From a bacterium (GTDB lineage Bacteria; Patescibacteriota; Microgenomatia; UBA1400; UBA12108): a DNA stretch of 64,000 bases. Shown in pieces: positions 19,192-29,101 of the stretch (its first letter is position 1; the number at the start of each line of letters is the position of its first letter). The notes below the pieces were generated by a model that searched no databases, was not told the DNA's origin, and was given only the letters and a program-made list of their open reading frames with translations. A program made the position numbers and the translations under genes. The DNA is taken from assembly GCA_021788365.1 (NCBI GenBank), contig JAJYKS010000001.1, forward strand, positions 137,962 to 201,961, written 5' to 3'.

Positions 19192-19792
19192 ACGACTGGC
19201 CCTCGTGAACCTCTAGCGTGTGCGTTGTATTCCCCGTATCTTCGTACCCGACGGTGACCACTCCCCTTTTTACCAGAAGTATCATAACTTTTGTTTTGGG
19301 GGTGTAACTCACGGTGTACTGTGCGTTTTGCGACTGCACGAGTGTTATCCCCACACGCACGGAAAGCGGTACATTCCCCACCGTATAGCCGACTGTTCCT
19401 CCTGACTCTGCTAGCAAAAACTCCGTGGGAATGGTATCTACTAACGCTACCTCTCCGTACGCTCCCAGGTCGGCTGACACGCCATTCGTAAATGATATCC
19501 TGACCGAACCTACGCCAAGGACTGCGAGCGACTCGCCTTGGAGTATCGGGCCATCTGCGGTAAGCGGGACGGGGGAATCTTCCCCACGTCGGTCTATTTG
19601 TACCGCACCCAAAATCTTTGAGATAACTCCCCCTTCTGCTTCGGTTGGCGGCGCAGAAGAAATGGGTAGGGAAGATGGAGTGAAATGTGTTTCATTGTGT
19701 ATCACCTTTACTTTGTAGGCACGGTACCACACGGCACAGGCAAAGCCAGCGACAAAGAGTGCAATAGAGCCATAGAACCAGAGCCACTTCAC
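19145..19792 (-). CDS. Hypothetical membrane-anchored protein
   Basis: 215 aa; N-terminal TM (LWFYGSIALFVAGFACAVWY); no recognisable motif. Convergent 47-bp overlap with the GH18 gene. Confidence 0.4.
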   Translation of the reverse strand: MKWLWFYGSIALFVAGFACAVWYRAYKVKVIHNETHFTPSSLPISSAPPTEAEGGVISKILGAVQIDRRGEDSPVPLTADGPILQGESLAVLGVGSVRISFTNGVSADLGAYGEVALVDTIPTEFLLAESGGTVGYTVGNVPLSVRVGITLVQSQNAQYTVSYTPKTKVMILLVKRGVVTVGYEDTGNTTHTLEVHEGQSFTVYGTSRSSRLWGK

Positions 19793-19815
19793 CTCTTTAG
19801 TATATACTCAAAGGT

Positions 19816-20844
19816 ATGCGGCACGCTGGAAAATTTTATCTCCTGCTCCTCGTTGTTGTGGGAGCGGTCGTAATTCTTCGCACCCGCACCAATCCCACAA
19901 CATCCGTTCTCCCATCCCCCACGTCTTCCCCCACGATTCCACTCTCGATTCTTGGTATGCGCGCGCGGCACTACCCGGGTAGCGATTTTGTCGTATCCCA
20001 AACACTTCCCGACACGGCGGATTATCATCAAGAGATTGTTTCATACCAGTCGGATGGTCTCACCCTGTACGGCCTTCTCACTATTCCAAAGGGAACGCCG
20101 CCTCCGGGGGGCTGGCCCGCCATCCTTTTCAATCATGGCTATGTGGATCCGCGTATCTATACGACAACGTCGCGCTATGTGCAGTTTGTCGCCGACCTAA
20201 CAAACGCTGGCTACGTTGTGTTTAAGCCGGATTATCGCGGAAACGGATCCTCTCAAGGAAAGCCCGATAGTCCCTATTTTTCACCGAACTACGCTATCGA
20301 CGACCTCAACGCCCTCTCGAGCTTGCGGCGAGACAGCCGAGTCAATCCCTCAAAAATCGGCATTTGGGGACACAGCATGGGTGGGAACGTGACTATGCGA
20401 GTGCTTGTGACCAACACAACCGATATTCGCGCCGCTGTTATCTGGAGCGGTGTGGTGGGAACGTATGACGAGATTATCAATCATTGGCAGAACATGCCGG
20501 ATATCACGTACAACCCATCGCTCTATGAGATGGGAGAGCGGTATCTTGGCAAGGATGCACTGGTTGGCGCGTATGGGGAGCCTTTGGCTAATCAAAGTTT
20601 CTGGAATACTATTGATCCTACGCACTATCTTGCTGATATTACGATCCCGGTGCAGCTTGAGATCTCAGATCACGATAATGAAGTGCCGCACAATTGGTCG
20701 GAGCAGCTTTATAGCCAACTCAAGAACCTCGGGAAAACAACCGAACTATATACATACCCTGGAACCGACCATAATATTTTGCCGCCTAACTACGCCACCG
20801 CCATGGCACGAACCATCGAATTTTTCAACAGGTATGTGAAGTAA
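19816..20844 (+). CDS. Alpha/beta hydrolase (prolyl oligopeptidase/dienelactone hydrolase-like)
   Basis: Signal anchor; GHSMGG nucleophile elbow; C-terminal D and H (TDHN) consistent with catalytic triad. Confidence 0.7.
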   Translation: MRHAGKFYLLLLVVVGAVVILRTRTNPTTSVLPSPTSSPTIPLSILGMRARHYPGSDFVVSQTLPDTADYHQEIVSYQSDGLTLYGLLTIPKGTPPPGGWPAILFNHGYVDPRIYTTTSRYVQFVADLTNAGYVVFKPDYRGNGSSQGKPDSPYFSPNYAIDDLNALSSLRRDSRVNPSKIGIWGHSMGGNVTMRVLVTNTTDIRAAVIWSGVVGTYDEIINHWQNMPDITYNPSLYEMGERYLGKDALVGAYGEPLANQSFWNTIDPTHYLADITIPVQLEISDHDNEVPHNWSEQLYSQLKNLGKTTELYTYPGTDHNILPPNYATAMARTIEFFNRYVK

Positions 20845-20865
20845 TTTTCAGCTTGTCAGTATATA

Positions 20866-22170
20866 ATGGGCGGTTCTATGTCAGTCGTAGATGAAAACCT
20901 GATTCTTGAGGAAAGCGCGGAAGTTGCGGCCGCGAGTGTGCCTTGGACCCAAAAAATACTTACGGTTTTCCCCGCTTTTTCGAGTCGCAACTATCAGCTC
21001 TACTTTTTTGGCCAGCTTGTCTCCATGATTGGCACGTGGCTACAGATCGTTGCCGAAGGGTGGTTGGTGTTCCAACTTACGCATTCGGCGCTTTACGTTG
21101 GGCTCGATGCTGCTGCCGCTATGATTCCGTCGCTTTTTCTGTCGCTTTTTGGCGGCGTTATCGTAGACAAATTTCCTAAGCGTACCATTCTCTTCGTCAC
21201 TCAAACGGCTGCGATGGTACTCGCCCTCATACTTGGCGTTATGACCATTACCGGCACTGTCACCGTGTGGTGGATTATCTTTCTCGCATTTCTCCTTGGT
21301 ATTGTGAGTGCGGTCAACACACCAGCGCTCCAATCGTATGTTGTTGAGCTTGTCGAAGATAAGTCTCATCTAGCCTCGGCTATTGCTCTTGGCGCCGGTA
21401 TGTTCAATGCGGCTCGTGCCATTGGCCCCACTGTCGCGGGGCTCCTCATTGCGGTATATGGCACCGGCGTTGCATTCATACTCAATGGTGTTTCGTATCT
21501 TGCCATTATTGTTGCTCTGTACTTTATCCGTACACAGCCAATACGGCATGGAGTTGCCGAAAATCCACTAGCCGCTATACGTGAGGGGCTTGCGTATACA
21601 TTTTCACACGAGACAATCCGACTCCTGCTCGTTCTCACCGGCATTATCTCTATTTTCGGATGGTCGTATTCAACACTCATGCCAGTCATTGCGACAACAA
21701 TATTCCACTCGGGAGCAGACACGCTTGGCTATCTTTATGCGACAACTGGGCTGGGTGCATTTACCGGCGCCATGGTCGTATCTGCCTACGCAAAGCGGAT
21801 AAGTGCCGAACGATTTATCTTGGGCGGGCTTACGCTTTTTGCGTTGTCGCTTTTCACCTTTACGTTTGTCACCAGTCTTCCCGTGGCATACCTCGTGTTG
21901 TTTGTCGTTGGATTTGGACTTGTCATGCTGTTCTCCACAACCAATAGCAGCATCCAACACGCAGTCGAGGACCATATGCGTGGGCGAGTTATGAGTATAT
22001 ATGCGTTGGTGTTTATGGGACTCGCACCGATCGGAAACGTAGAAATCGGCGCGGCGGCAGAACGGGTAGGAAGCGAAATGGCGATCCGTCTTTCGGTCGT
22101 TGTCGTCGCCCTGTTTGCCATGTACCTTTACCCCAGGCGACATAAGCTGGTCGTGCGCCACGTGGCGTAA
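20866..22170 (+). CDS. MFS transporter
   Basis: 12 predicted TM helices; MFS-type motifs (GGVIVDKFPKR). Confidence 0.8.
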   Translation: MGGSMSVVDENLILEESAEVAAASVPWTQKILTVFPAFSSRNYQLYFFGQLVSMIGTWLQIVAEGWLVFQLTHSALYVGLDAAAAMIPSLFLSLFGGVIVDKFPKRTILFVTQTAAMVLALILGVMTITGTVTVWWIIFLAFLLGIVSAVNTPALQSYVVELVEDKSHLASAIALGAGMFNAARAIGPTVAGLLIAVYGTGVAFILNGVSYLAIIVALYFIRTQPIRHGVAENPLAAIREGLAYTFSHETIRLLLVLTGIISIFGWSYSTLMPVIATTIFHSGADTLGYLYATTGLGAFTGAMVVSAYAKRISAERFILGGLTLFALSLFTFTFVTSLPVAYLVLFVVGFGLVMLFSTTNSSIQHAVEDHMRGRVMSIYALVFMGLAPIGNVEIGAAAERVGSEMAIRLSVVVVALFAMYLYPRRHKLVVRHVA

Positions 22171-22181
22171 GATACACCTAT

Positions 22182-22625
22182 ATGCGGTTGTTCTCACTTC
22201 TCCGAAACACGACCTATCAATTTGTTTTTGTTGTGGCTGGTGGGGTCGCGTATTTTCTCGTCCCTAACACGCTTTTTTCCCGAGAGCACATACTTCTTGT
22301 CGCACTTTTTATTTTGTTGTTTGCCACGACTGCGGTGTGTGTGGTACACGCTATGCGGGAGCGCATTGCGGCGGCGGCAACGGCGCAGCAGTCACTTTTT
22401 GGCATTATTGCCTCCGTACTCGGCTTTTCCGCGCTCCACGTGTGCGGGGCGGCGGCACCCGCGTGCGGAACTATTGCAAGTGTGGGACTTGCTGCAGCAT
22501 TTTTCCCTGGAGTACTCCTTTTTATCCGCCTGCACGGAACACTTCTCCTTTGGCTATCCATTGCACTCCAACTTGTGTCGCTCTATTTCTTAGGCTGTTT
22601 CCGGCGAGAACGTACGGTACAATAG
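22182..22625 (+). CDS. Hypothetical membrane protein
   Basis: 147 aa, 4 hydrophobic segments; no motif. Confidence 0.35.
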   Translation: MRLFSLLRNTTYQFVFVVAGGVAYFLVPNTLFSREHILLVALFILLFATTAVCVVHAMRERIAAAATAQQSLFGIIASVLGFSALHVCGAAAPACGTIASVGLAAAFFPGVLLFIRLHGTLLLWLSIALQLVSLYFLGCFRRERTVQ

Positions 22626-22629
22626 CTAT

Positions 22630-23355
22630 ATGGAACCAGTTCTTTTTGCCATCGGTACATTCATCTCTACGACTTTGGGCGGACTTTTTGGCATCCGCAA
22701 TCACGACCGACTACACCTCATTATGAGCTTCACCGCAGGGGTGGTGGTGGCTGTGTCTTTTTTTGACATATTACCAGAGGCAATACGACTCACTCTTGCT
22801 AGCGGAGGCGCTATTGGTACCGTTTTTGCCGCGACAGTCATAGGCTTTCTTACTTTTCATATTCTCGAGAAAACGGCGGTCATCCATCATAGCCATGAGG
22901 AGTTTTATGCTGAACATGGGCACCCGCAGGTGGGACTCGTGGGAGCAGCGGGACTGTCGTTCCATAGCTTTTTGGATGGCGTGGGGATAGGCCTCGGCTT
23001 CCATGTAGGGACACACGTCGGTCTCATCATTTCCTTGGCTGTTATCGCTCACGATTTTTCTGACGGCTTGAATACCGTGACGTTTATGCTCACCCACGGA
23101 AACACTAAAGCGAAGGCATTTTCTATGCTCTTGGTCGATGCTCTCGCGCCAGTACTTGGCGTGTTTATCACTTTTCTCCACCCTATTGCCGAGACAGCAC
23201 TTGCACCCTATCTCGGTTTTTTTGCCGGGTTCCTACTCTACATAGGTGCGAGTGATTTACTCCCCGAAGCTCATAGCCACGAGTCTTCATACCGCATGAT
23301 ATCGCTTACCATCGTGGGGGTGCTTTTTATCTATATCGTGAGTCGATTTTCGTAA
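22630..23355 (+). CDS. ZIP-family metal (zinc) transporter
   Basis: HSHEEFYAEHGH His-rich loop and HSFLDGVGIG ZIP signature in TM4/5. Confidence 0.8.
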   Translation: MEPVLFAIGTFISTTLGGLFGIRNHDRLHLIMSFTAGVVVAVSFFDILPEAIRLTLASGGAIGTVFAATVIGFLTFHILEKTAVIHHSHEEFYAEHGHPQVGLVGAAGLSFHSFLDGVGIGLGFHVGTHVGLIISLAVIAHDFSDGLNTVTFMLTHGNTKAKAFSMLLVDALAPVLGVFITFLHPIAETALAPYLGFFAGFLLYIGASDLLPEAHSHESSYRMISLTIVGVLFIYIVSRFS

Positions 23356-23356
23356 G

Positions 23357-24487
23357 TTATTGTGAGAGCGGAGCAACGCAGCGGAAGCCGACGTCGTCTA
23401 TTCCTGTTTTATCGGGCGGTGGCGATAGGTGGATGTTAAAGATGCCATCGTCCCATCCGTGGCGCCAGTTCCCACCGCGGATTACCCCATATACTGCCGT
23501 GCTTGTGTCCTCTCCGGGTGTGCTGTAGTGATAGATGCGGCCAACACCGTTTCCGGCATTCCACGCGGGGTTACTCGGCCGGAACGCGTCGTAGCCTAGC
23601 GACGGACCGGATCCATTACCCGTTATCACGCTTGTCGAAGATCCTGGGGCAAAATCGCTCGTGTGCCAGCCGGTTTGCACGACTCCTGAAACCTCCGAGT
23701 GTGGCTCGTCTTTTCTTAGTACTGTCATATCGACCCACTCCCAGACGTTCCCGGCGAGGTCCCATAGAATCTCACCGTTAGAAAGGGTGAGCGTGCGTTT
23801 TTCTGAGCTGCCGCCACACGTGCCATCCGCGTTGTTGCTGGTGCCAAAACATGGTGCGGAGTCTATCCCAGCAATCAAGGCACGAGTGCCGAATTTGTGG
23901 CCATTGGCAAGGATTTTCCCTGTGGCTCCTGGGGTGGCACCACAATTTTCTCCATTTTTATCGCACCAATTGGCAGGAATAGTTTCCGCATTCCTTGCGA
24001 TTGTCATCCATTCTGGATTGGTGATGACGTGCCAGCCACGGGCGGCACAGTAGGCGCTGGCATTATCTTCGCCACTTCCCACCATGGGAATAAAGGTGAT
24101 GGGATAGCCAGAGGCAGTTGAGACCACTTGGCGACTCCCCGTGCAGCTACAACCCACGCCATTATTTTTGTATGTGCCGTTGTCTTTGCCGTAGCTTACG
24201 CCGTCGCACGCGGTGCCGGCCTTTGGTTCTAGTCCCACGGTGGGAGTCCTTTTCTCTGCACACTTGGCTTCGTATTTCATCACACAAAAATCACTGGTGT
24301 GGTAGAGCGGGCTACCCGGAACGCGAACGAAGCCCGCGGGACAGTGCAGGACCGGGATGGGCGAGGGCGCGGGTAGGACACTCAGCGGCGGGCCAGGGAG
24401 GATACGGGGTGTGTGCCACCATATAACTCCCACCACTAGCGCAGTTACAACAACACCACCGGGGACGAGCCATTTCAGATAGTGCAC
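23357..24487 (-). CDS. FGE-sulfatase (SUMF1-like) domain protein with N-terminal TM and Cys-rich region
   Basis: DLAGNVWEWV, RGGNWRHG and GFRCV motifs typical of the formylglycine-generating enzyme fold. Confidence 0.7.
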   Translation of the reverse strand: MHYLKWLVPGGVVVTALVVGVIWWHTPRILPGPPLSVLPAPSPIPVLHCPAGFVRVPGSPLYHTSDFCVMKYEAKCAEKRTPTVGLEPKAGTACDGVSYGKDNGTYKNNGVGCSCTGSRQVVSTASGYPITFIPMVGSGEDNASAYCAARGWHVITNPEWMTIARNAETIPANWCDKNGENCGATPGATGKILANGHKFGTRALIAGIDSAPCFGTSNNADGTCGGSSEKRTLTLSNGEILWDLAGNVWEWVDMTVLRKDEPHSEVSGVVQTGWHTSDFAPGSSTSVITGNGSGPSLGYDAFRPSNPAWNAGNGVGRIYHYSTPGEDTSTAVYGVIRGGNWRHGWDDGIFNIHLSPPPDKTGIDDVGFRCVAPLSQ

Positions 24488-24503
24488 TGTTCTATTGTAC
24501 CCG

Positions 24504-25052
24504 TTACTGGCACGCCGTCAGCCAGTTGGTCGCTATTTCCTGCTGCGCGGCGGCGAGCGAGAGCTCGTGGTTGCAGACTTTTTCGTGACAGCGATTCTCA
24601 ACTTTATCTTTGGCGTTCGGGGAGGCACCACGCTCCGGCCACAAGTTTTTGGGGTCTGCCGGAGCGCCACCCAATTCTAGCGATACGAGATGGTCTTCCT
24701 CGAAATTACGCGGATCTTGCCCGCTATACCCATATGTCTCCATTTGTGCGAGCTTGAGTTTGTTTGTGTACTCGACTGGCGGGCGAACGGTCGCGGTGTA
24801 GCCCTTTTTGCAAATGGTCTCGGCGAGATTGTCTTGCGTCACTCGTGGGTCTGTCACCCCCGGCGTGCAAAAGGAATCGGGGAGACCATTGGTACTTATG
24901 CAGTGGGTGGGGGCGGCGGAGGATAGAGGTGCAGGAGTAGCCGACTGAGCAGGAGCTACAGACGGGCTGGGACGGGAGGTGCCGAGACTCAGGAAAATAA
25001 TGGCACAAAAAATAAGGGCGGAGAGTACAAAGCCTATTGACCGAGAACTCAT
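24504..25052 (-). CDS. Secreted HNH endonuclease-domain protein
   Basis: N-terminal TM/signal; EEDHLVSLELGG...NLWP...CHEKVC matches HNH DH-x-P/S-x-GG...NL...C-x-x-C pattern. Confidence 0.5.
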   Translation of the reverse strand: MSSRSIGFVLSALIFCAIIFLSLGTSRPSPSVAPAQSATPAPLSSAAPTHCISTNGLPDSFCTPGVTDPRVTQDNLAETICKKGYTATVRPPVEYTNKLKLAQMETYGYSGQDPRNFEEDHLVSLELGGAPADPKNLWPERGASPNAKDKVENRCHEKVCNHELSLAAAQQEIATNWLTACQ

Positions 25053-25095
25053 ACCGAGAGTATACAGGATTTATTACCATCAACGAGGGGGCTCT

Positions 25096-25524
25096 ATGGC
25101 GGATAAGAAAAGTACGACAGTTAAAGGATTTTCGGATGACGAGCGAGCGGCCATGAAGGAACGCGTCGCCGAGCTCAATATGGGCAAGTCGGAGGGCGAG
25201 GCAGCGGTACTCGCGAAGCTCGCGGCCATGACGGGAGATGATCGCACGATCGGCGAGCGGCTACACAAAATCATCATGGAGAACGCCCCCACCCTCACGC
25301 CCAGAACGTGGTATGGTATGCCGGCCTATGCCTATCCCGACGGGAAGATTGTCTGCTTTTTCCAGAATGCCGGAAAGTTTAAGGCGCGATACCAGATCCT
25401 TGGTTTTAGCGACAAGGCACACCTTGATGACGGCGCTATGTGGCCGGCGAGTTACGCTATTACGAAATTGACCCCCTCGGACGAGGCAAAGATTGTAGCA
25501 CTCGTGCGGAAGGCTGTTGGGTAA
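25096..25524 (+). CDS. DUF1801/YdhG-like small protein
   Basis: GAGGGGG RBS before ATG 25096; sequence resembles YdhG family; upstream part of the track ORF would overlap the convergent HNH gene. Confidence 0.5.
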   Translation: MADKKSTTVKGFSDDERAAMKERVAELNMGKSEGEAAVLAKLAAMTGDDRTIGERLHKIIMENAPTLTPRTWYGMPAYAYPDGKIVCFFQNAGKFKARYQILGFSDKAHLDDGAMWPASYAITKLTPSDEAKIVALVRKAVG

Positions 25525-25589
25525 AAATGTGGCAAAGCTAGAGCGGGTAAGTACAGGCAGTTTGCTGGCGCCCCTAAACTCCAGAAGGC

Positions 25590-26627
25590 CTATTTCAGAA
25601 GATAAGGTGCAAACTGATCGATGTTTTGACCGACAACAAAGCGGGCAAATTCTACAGCGCCATTGGCTTCGTAATATTCGCGTGCTTCTTCTATAAAACG
25701 AGTAATTGTTTGCGATACGGAAAAGTCTGCGCTTTGCGGCATTTGTACCGCGCGATCGTAATATGCCTGGCCCATTTCTTCTTTAACCCATGGATTTTGT
25801 CGTACCAAGAAGTTCCCTTTTTCTTCTGTCGCCATTTCCGGATGTGGTTGGATTTGGTACAGGACTGCGCCATTTGAGAAGGTTATTTTGCTCGCTTGGA
25901 TAAAAGTGCTATCTTGTTGTTGTAGTCCGTTTTCATCTAGATAACCACGCCTGACGGCGAGCGTGTCCGCTGCAATTACCACTATTTCTCCCCGTGCTGT
26001 TTGCACCTGAGTACCGACTTTAGGTAGTTCTGCCACGTAGTCACTATGTAGATGAGGGGCATAGAATGTTTCTGGTAATCGCCCGAATATTTTGTCTTGT
26101 TTTCCAGCTTCTGTTAACTCCTGTGCAAGCCACCCCGCTTCCGTTACCGTTTGTCCGTATGAATTTTCGGGCAATCTCCCAATTTTCCCACCGACTGCGT
26201 GGACGGCTAGCTGTCCGCCAAAACAGATTCCAAATACCCACTTCCCCTCGCCGAGTTCGTTCCGTACGGCAGCCTCGCCTCTATCCAATGCCTCCTTGTC
26301 CTCTGCAGAAAATGCAGATGGGTCACCCTCTTGAAATTTGTACATCGACATTCCCGAGCCACTGAGGATTAATGCATCATTGTTATTTATCGCTTTCGCG
26401 TTCTCAACATTTCCGAGCAGGGTTCGGAAGAACCATGGTTGATTTGCCCGGAACCATACAGATCCCTTTGGGAGTTGTCTTGCAATATTGAGGGGATACT
26501 GTCGCTTATCCGCAAGTAGTGGTTTTAGTTCGTCAGGAATGCCGATTTCTGTTGCCTGATCCTGTGCCATTCGCGATGGGTTGAAATCAATGATCTGAAC
26601 GTCAAATGTTTCTTTTTTGCTAGACAT
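25590..26627 (-). CDS. Class I glutamine amidotransferase-like protein
   Basis: GICFGGQ nucleophile-Cys motif and downstream PHPE (His/Glu) typical of GATase1. Confidence 0.65.
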   Translation of the reverse strand: MSSKKETFDVQIIDFNPSRMAQDQATEIGIPDELKPLLADKRQYPLNIARQLPKGSVWFRANQPWFFRTLLGNVENAKAINNNDALILSGSGMSMYKFQEGDPSAFSAEDKEALDRGEAAVRNELGEGKWVFGICFGGQLAVHAVGGKIGRLPENSYGQTVTEAGWLAQELTEAGKQDKIFGRLPETFYAPHLHSDYVAELPKVGTQVQTARGEIVVIAADTLAVRRGYLDENGLQQQDSTFIQASKITFSNGAVLYQIQPHPEMATEEKGNFLVRQNPWVKEEMGQAYYDRAVQMPQSADFSVSQTITRFIEEAREYYEANGAVEFARFVVGQNIDQFAPYLLK

Positions 26628-26718
26628 GACTATATTTTATCAAGATCCATTCGTTCATCTGAGCTTAACCAGATGGTTAAAAGGAATGATTCTGCACTAT
26701 TTTGTTCAATAATTTTAT

Positions 26719-27240
26719 CTATTTATTTATTGGTAAAGTTTTTTCTACCCTCGTGGCAAATTGCATCTTTAGAGCTTCGTCGGTACTCAAAATTTTTCCT
26801 TTATCAAAGGTCTTTCTGATGTTTTTCACCTTTGGTAGTTCCGCTGCCAATATCTCAAAATATCGATCATCTATCTGTCGTAAGAAGTTTGTTGTTTCGG
26901 ATTGTACGGAAATTACCTGTGACTGCTGAGGGCCGTTATAAGTTGGGGGGTGAAACCTTACCCTGCAATTTTCAATTAATGTTTTTTCCTTTCCGGATAG
27001 AAACAATATAATAGCTGCTGAATCTACTTGACCAAAACCTACTGTGTTAAGATTTAATCTTGTAGCTTTGACAAAATCATAAAACCGGATGGCCGAGTCA
27101 ATATCGCCACCTGTGGACGATATGTAAAGAGTAACTTTTACGTTTGGGTCAACGTATAATTGTTTTAATATATCGATAATTGCATCGCCTACGCTTTTTT
27201 CAGTAACCGAACACGGGAACATATACCAATATTTGTTCAT
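26719..27240 (-). CDS. ClpP/S14-like serine protease fold protein
   Basis: YISSTGGDIDSA (INSPGG-like), GFGQVDSAAIILFLSG (GxAASMG-like catalytic Ser region), RFHPP (IHQP-like His). AT-rich gene. Confidence 0.5.
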   Translation of the reverse strand: MNKYWYMFPCSVTEKSVGDAIIDILKQLYVDPNVKVTLYISSTGGDIDSAIRFYDFVKATRLNLNTVGFGQVDSAAIILFLSGKEKTLIENCRVRFHPPTYNGPQQSQVISVQSETTNFLRQIDDRYFEILAAELPKVKNIRKTFDKGKILSTDEALKMQFATRVEKTLPINK

Positions 27241-27316
27241 GATTTAATTTACAATTTTAACAAATTTTTACTTTTAGTATAGCAATGCATGCCTCGGACT
27301 GTTATGAACTGAGATC

Positions 27317-28186
27317 TTATCTATCTATCCTAACTAGCGATCTACCAGGCGTTATCCATTTTTGCGTAACAATTTCTATTAACTTTGAGAAAGGCTCTGC
27401 GTTTACCACCTGAAATAACTCCTGCGCTTCTCTTGTCATTAGGACCTCTCCAACAGCAAACTCTATCTTCTCTTCGTTAGTATTAATAACATAAATCTCA
27501 TTACCGCATTGCACTGGTATTGTTTTGGCAGAACCGACCGTTAGCTTAAAACCACTAATACTGTTAAAGTGGATTAATCCCAGACTTTCTAAGTGCTGGA
27601 GATCCTCAAAGGAAAATGTTCCATTGCTGTATTTAGCCTCTGAAGGGTCAGGAAAAATTAAGGGAACTTTTCTACCCCCGCCAACTATTGCAGTATAACC
27701 GCATATTCTTGAGAAAAGATTCGCATCATCCTGTCGCATATTAGCAAGTATGGACATTGTCTTGTACGAATAGCTTCCATTTCTTATAAATTCACCTGAT
27801 AATACTTTTGACCAAATATTTTGCATTTCTTCATTCGAAATATCTTGCGAAAAATTAAAATATTTCCTGACCCAATCAGTGTCAACTTGTTGATCTATAG
27901 GTTTTCCGCTTTCATGGAGATTTTTAAGAGCTTTTTCGGTAATTTGGTTGATATTCTTTTGATGAATTGTTTCAAGGTTCGCTAACCGATATAAGGCTTG
28001 TCTTTGTAGTCTTGAAACATTTATATCACCCTTCGCTTTTATAATTGAAGCATCAGATTCTGCTTTTGCTTTTCGTCTTATTTTAGTTGGCTCATATAAC
28101 GTATACCCAGCATGTGCAATAATATCGAGCGCTTTTGTAATTGTCTTACTTTCTATATCTATATGAAACGCTAATGGGTTTGCCAT
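27317..28186 (-). CDS. Hypothetical protein (AT-rich accessory gene)
   Basis: 289 aa; no confident motif. Confidence 0.4.
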   Translation of the reverse strand: MANPLAFHIDIESKTITKALDIIAHAGYTLYEPTKIRRKAKAESDASIIKAKGDINVSRLQRQALYRLANLETIHQKNINQITEKALKNLHESGKPIDQQVDTDWVRKYFNFSQDISNEEMQNIWSKVLSGEFIRNGSYSYKTMSILANMRQDDANLFSRICGYTAIVGGGRKVPLIFPDPSEAKYSNGTFSFEDLQHLESLGLIHFNSISGFKLTVGSAKTIPVQCGNEIYVINTNEEKIEFAVGEVLMTREAQELFQVVNAEPFSKLIEIVTQKWITPGRSLVRIDR

Positions 28187-28249
28187 GTTTTTAGCCTTAT
28201 CTATGTTTACAAGATGGCTGGCGCTCCTGAACTATGTGGGAACGTGGTA

Positions 28250-29041
28250 TCAGGTGGCGAGCGTATCTTGATAGTGAGACCACAATATGGGAGAGAACTG
28301 ACTCATCGCCTCTTTTACTTCCGCATATTCTGTGTGATTATTCTCTTCCTTCTCAATCCCATCGGACAGTACGTGACCCAGTACTCTGTCAGCATCCCCA
28401 TCAGCAACAGTAACCGATTCTGCGACTATTGCTAGGAGTTGTGCCGGTGTCGCTGCCCGTGATATAGCCTCATCGAGGATATTGAGGGCTTTGTCATATC
28501 GCTCCCACGACCGCTCACCACCCCACGTTCGCTCGTCATCTCCCCAACCGATCTCTTCAATGAGTGTTCGGGAGAGCGCATAGAGAACCAGACCCGAAAG
28601 TGAAGACATTTCATGCTCGTGTGACGCTGGAACCCTTCCTGGTTCGTAGTACCCCACGGGTTCATCCGACAAACGCGTCTTGGGAGTCGTCAAAGCAGCA
28701 TATAGCTCATTTTTCCCAGCTGCTTTCACTTTCTCTAGCACGTCTCCGGTCACAAAATCACACTCATCGTATCTGCGGCGGGTTATCGCGATACCGTGTG
28801 TCTCAATCTCTTCGACGGAGGGCTCTGGCTGTTCTTTACCATCGTGTTCTTTCCACCATTTCAGCCATTCTTGCCCGTAATAAGCAACAACGCCATCTGG
28901 CTGGGGGCAAGCATGTCTCCAGGCTGAAATGTAGAGTCGCTCCTTTGGAGTAAACTCATCAATCCTAGGATCATCCCCAAGGAACGTGCTGCTCCCAAAA
29001 TCTTTAGGTGTAAGGAATTCCTGTATGTCTGGTTTAGGCAT
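28250..29041 (-). CDS. Hypothetical acidic protein (GC-rich ORF inside AT-rich flank)
   Basis: 263 aa, Trp/Glu-rich; no recognisable domain; composition about 55% GC, unlike neighbours. Confidence 0.4.
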   Translation of the reverse strand: MPKPDIQEFLTPKDFGSSTFLGDDPRIDEFTPKERLYISAWRHACPQPDGVVAYYGQEWLKWWKEHDGKEQPEPSVEEIETHGIAITRRRYDECDFVTGDVLEKVKAAGKNELYAALTTPKTRLSDEPVGYYEPGRVPASHEHEMSSLSGLVLYALSRTLIEEIGWGDDERTWGGERSWERYDKALNILDEAISRAATPAQLLAIVAESVTVADGDADRVLGHVLSDGIEKEENNHTEYAEVKEAMSQFSPILWSHYQDTLAT

Positions 29042-29071
29042 GAGTGTATTATACCCTATAACGCAATCATT

Positions 29072-29101
29072 GCCTGGGAGGTTCGAATCCTTACCCGCCT
29101 T
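29072..29101 (+). other. tRNA-like 3' fragment (T-arm GGAGG-TTCGAAT-CCTTA plus acceptor 3' strand); possible att scar
   Basis: GGTTCGAATCC T-loop consensus on + strand with partial 4-bp stem. The upstream sequence does not fold into a full cloverleaf. Sits at the GC-to-AT composition switch. Confidence 0.3.

Noticed and set aside
21670-22197. 175 aa minus-strand ORF overlapping the MFS transporter at 20866..22170
   Set aside because: Antisense artefact: a Cys/Arg/His-rich translation opposite a 12-TM MFS gene.
26665-26680. Inverted repeat TTAACCA-GA-TGGTTAA at the GC/AT transition upstream of the GATase gene
   Set aside because: The arms are only 7 bp with a 2-nt spacer. It could be an operator but is within chance expectation for an AT-rich 90-bp intergenic region, and no second copy was found.
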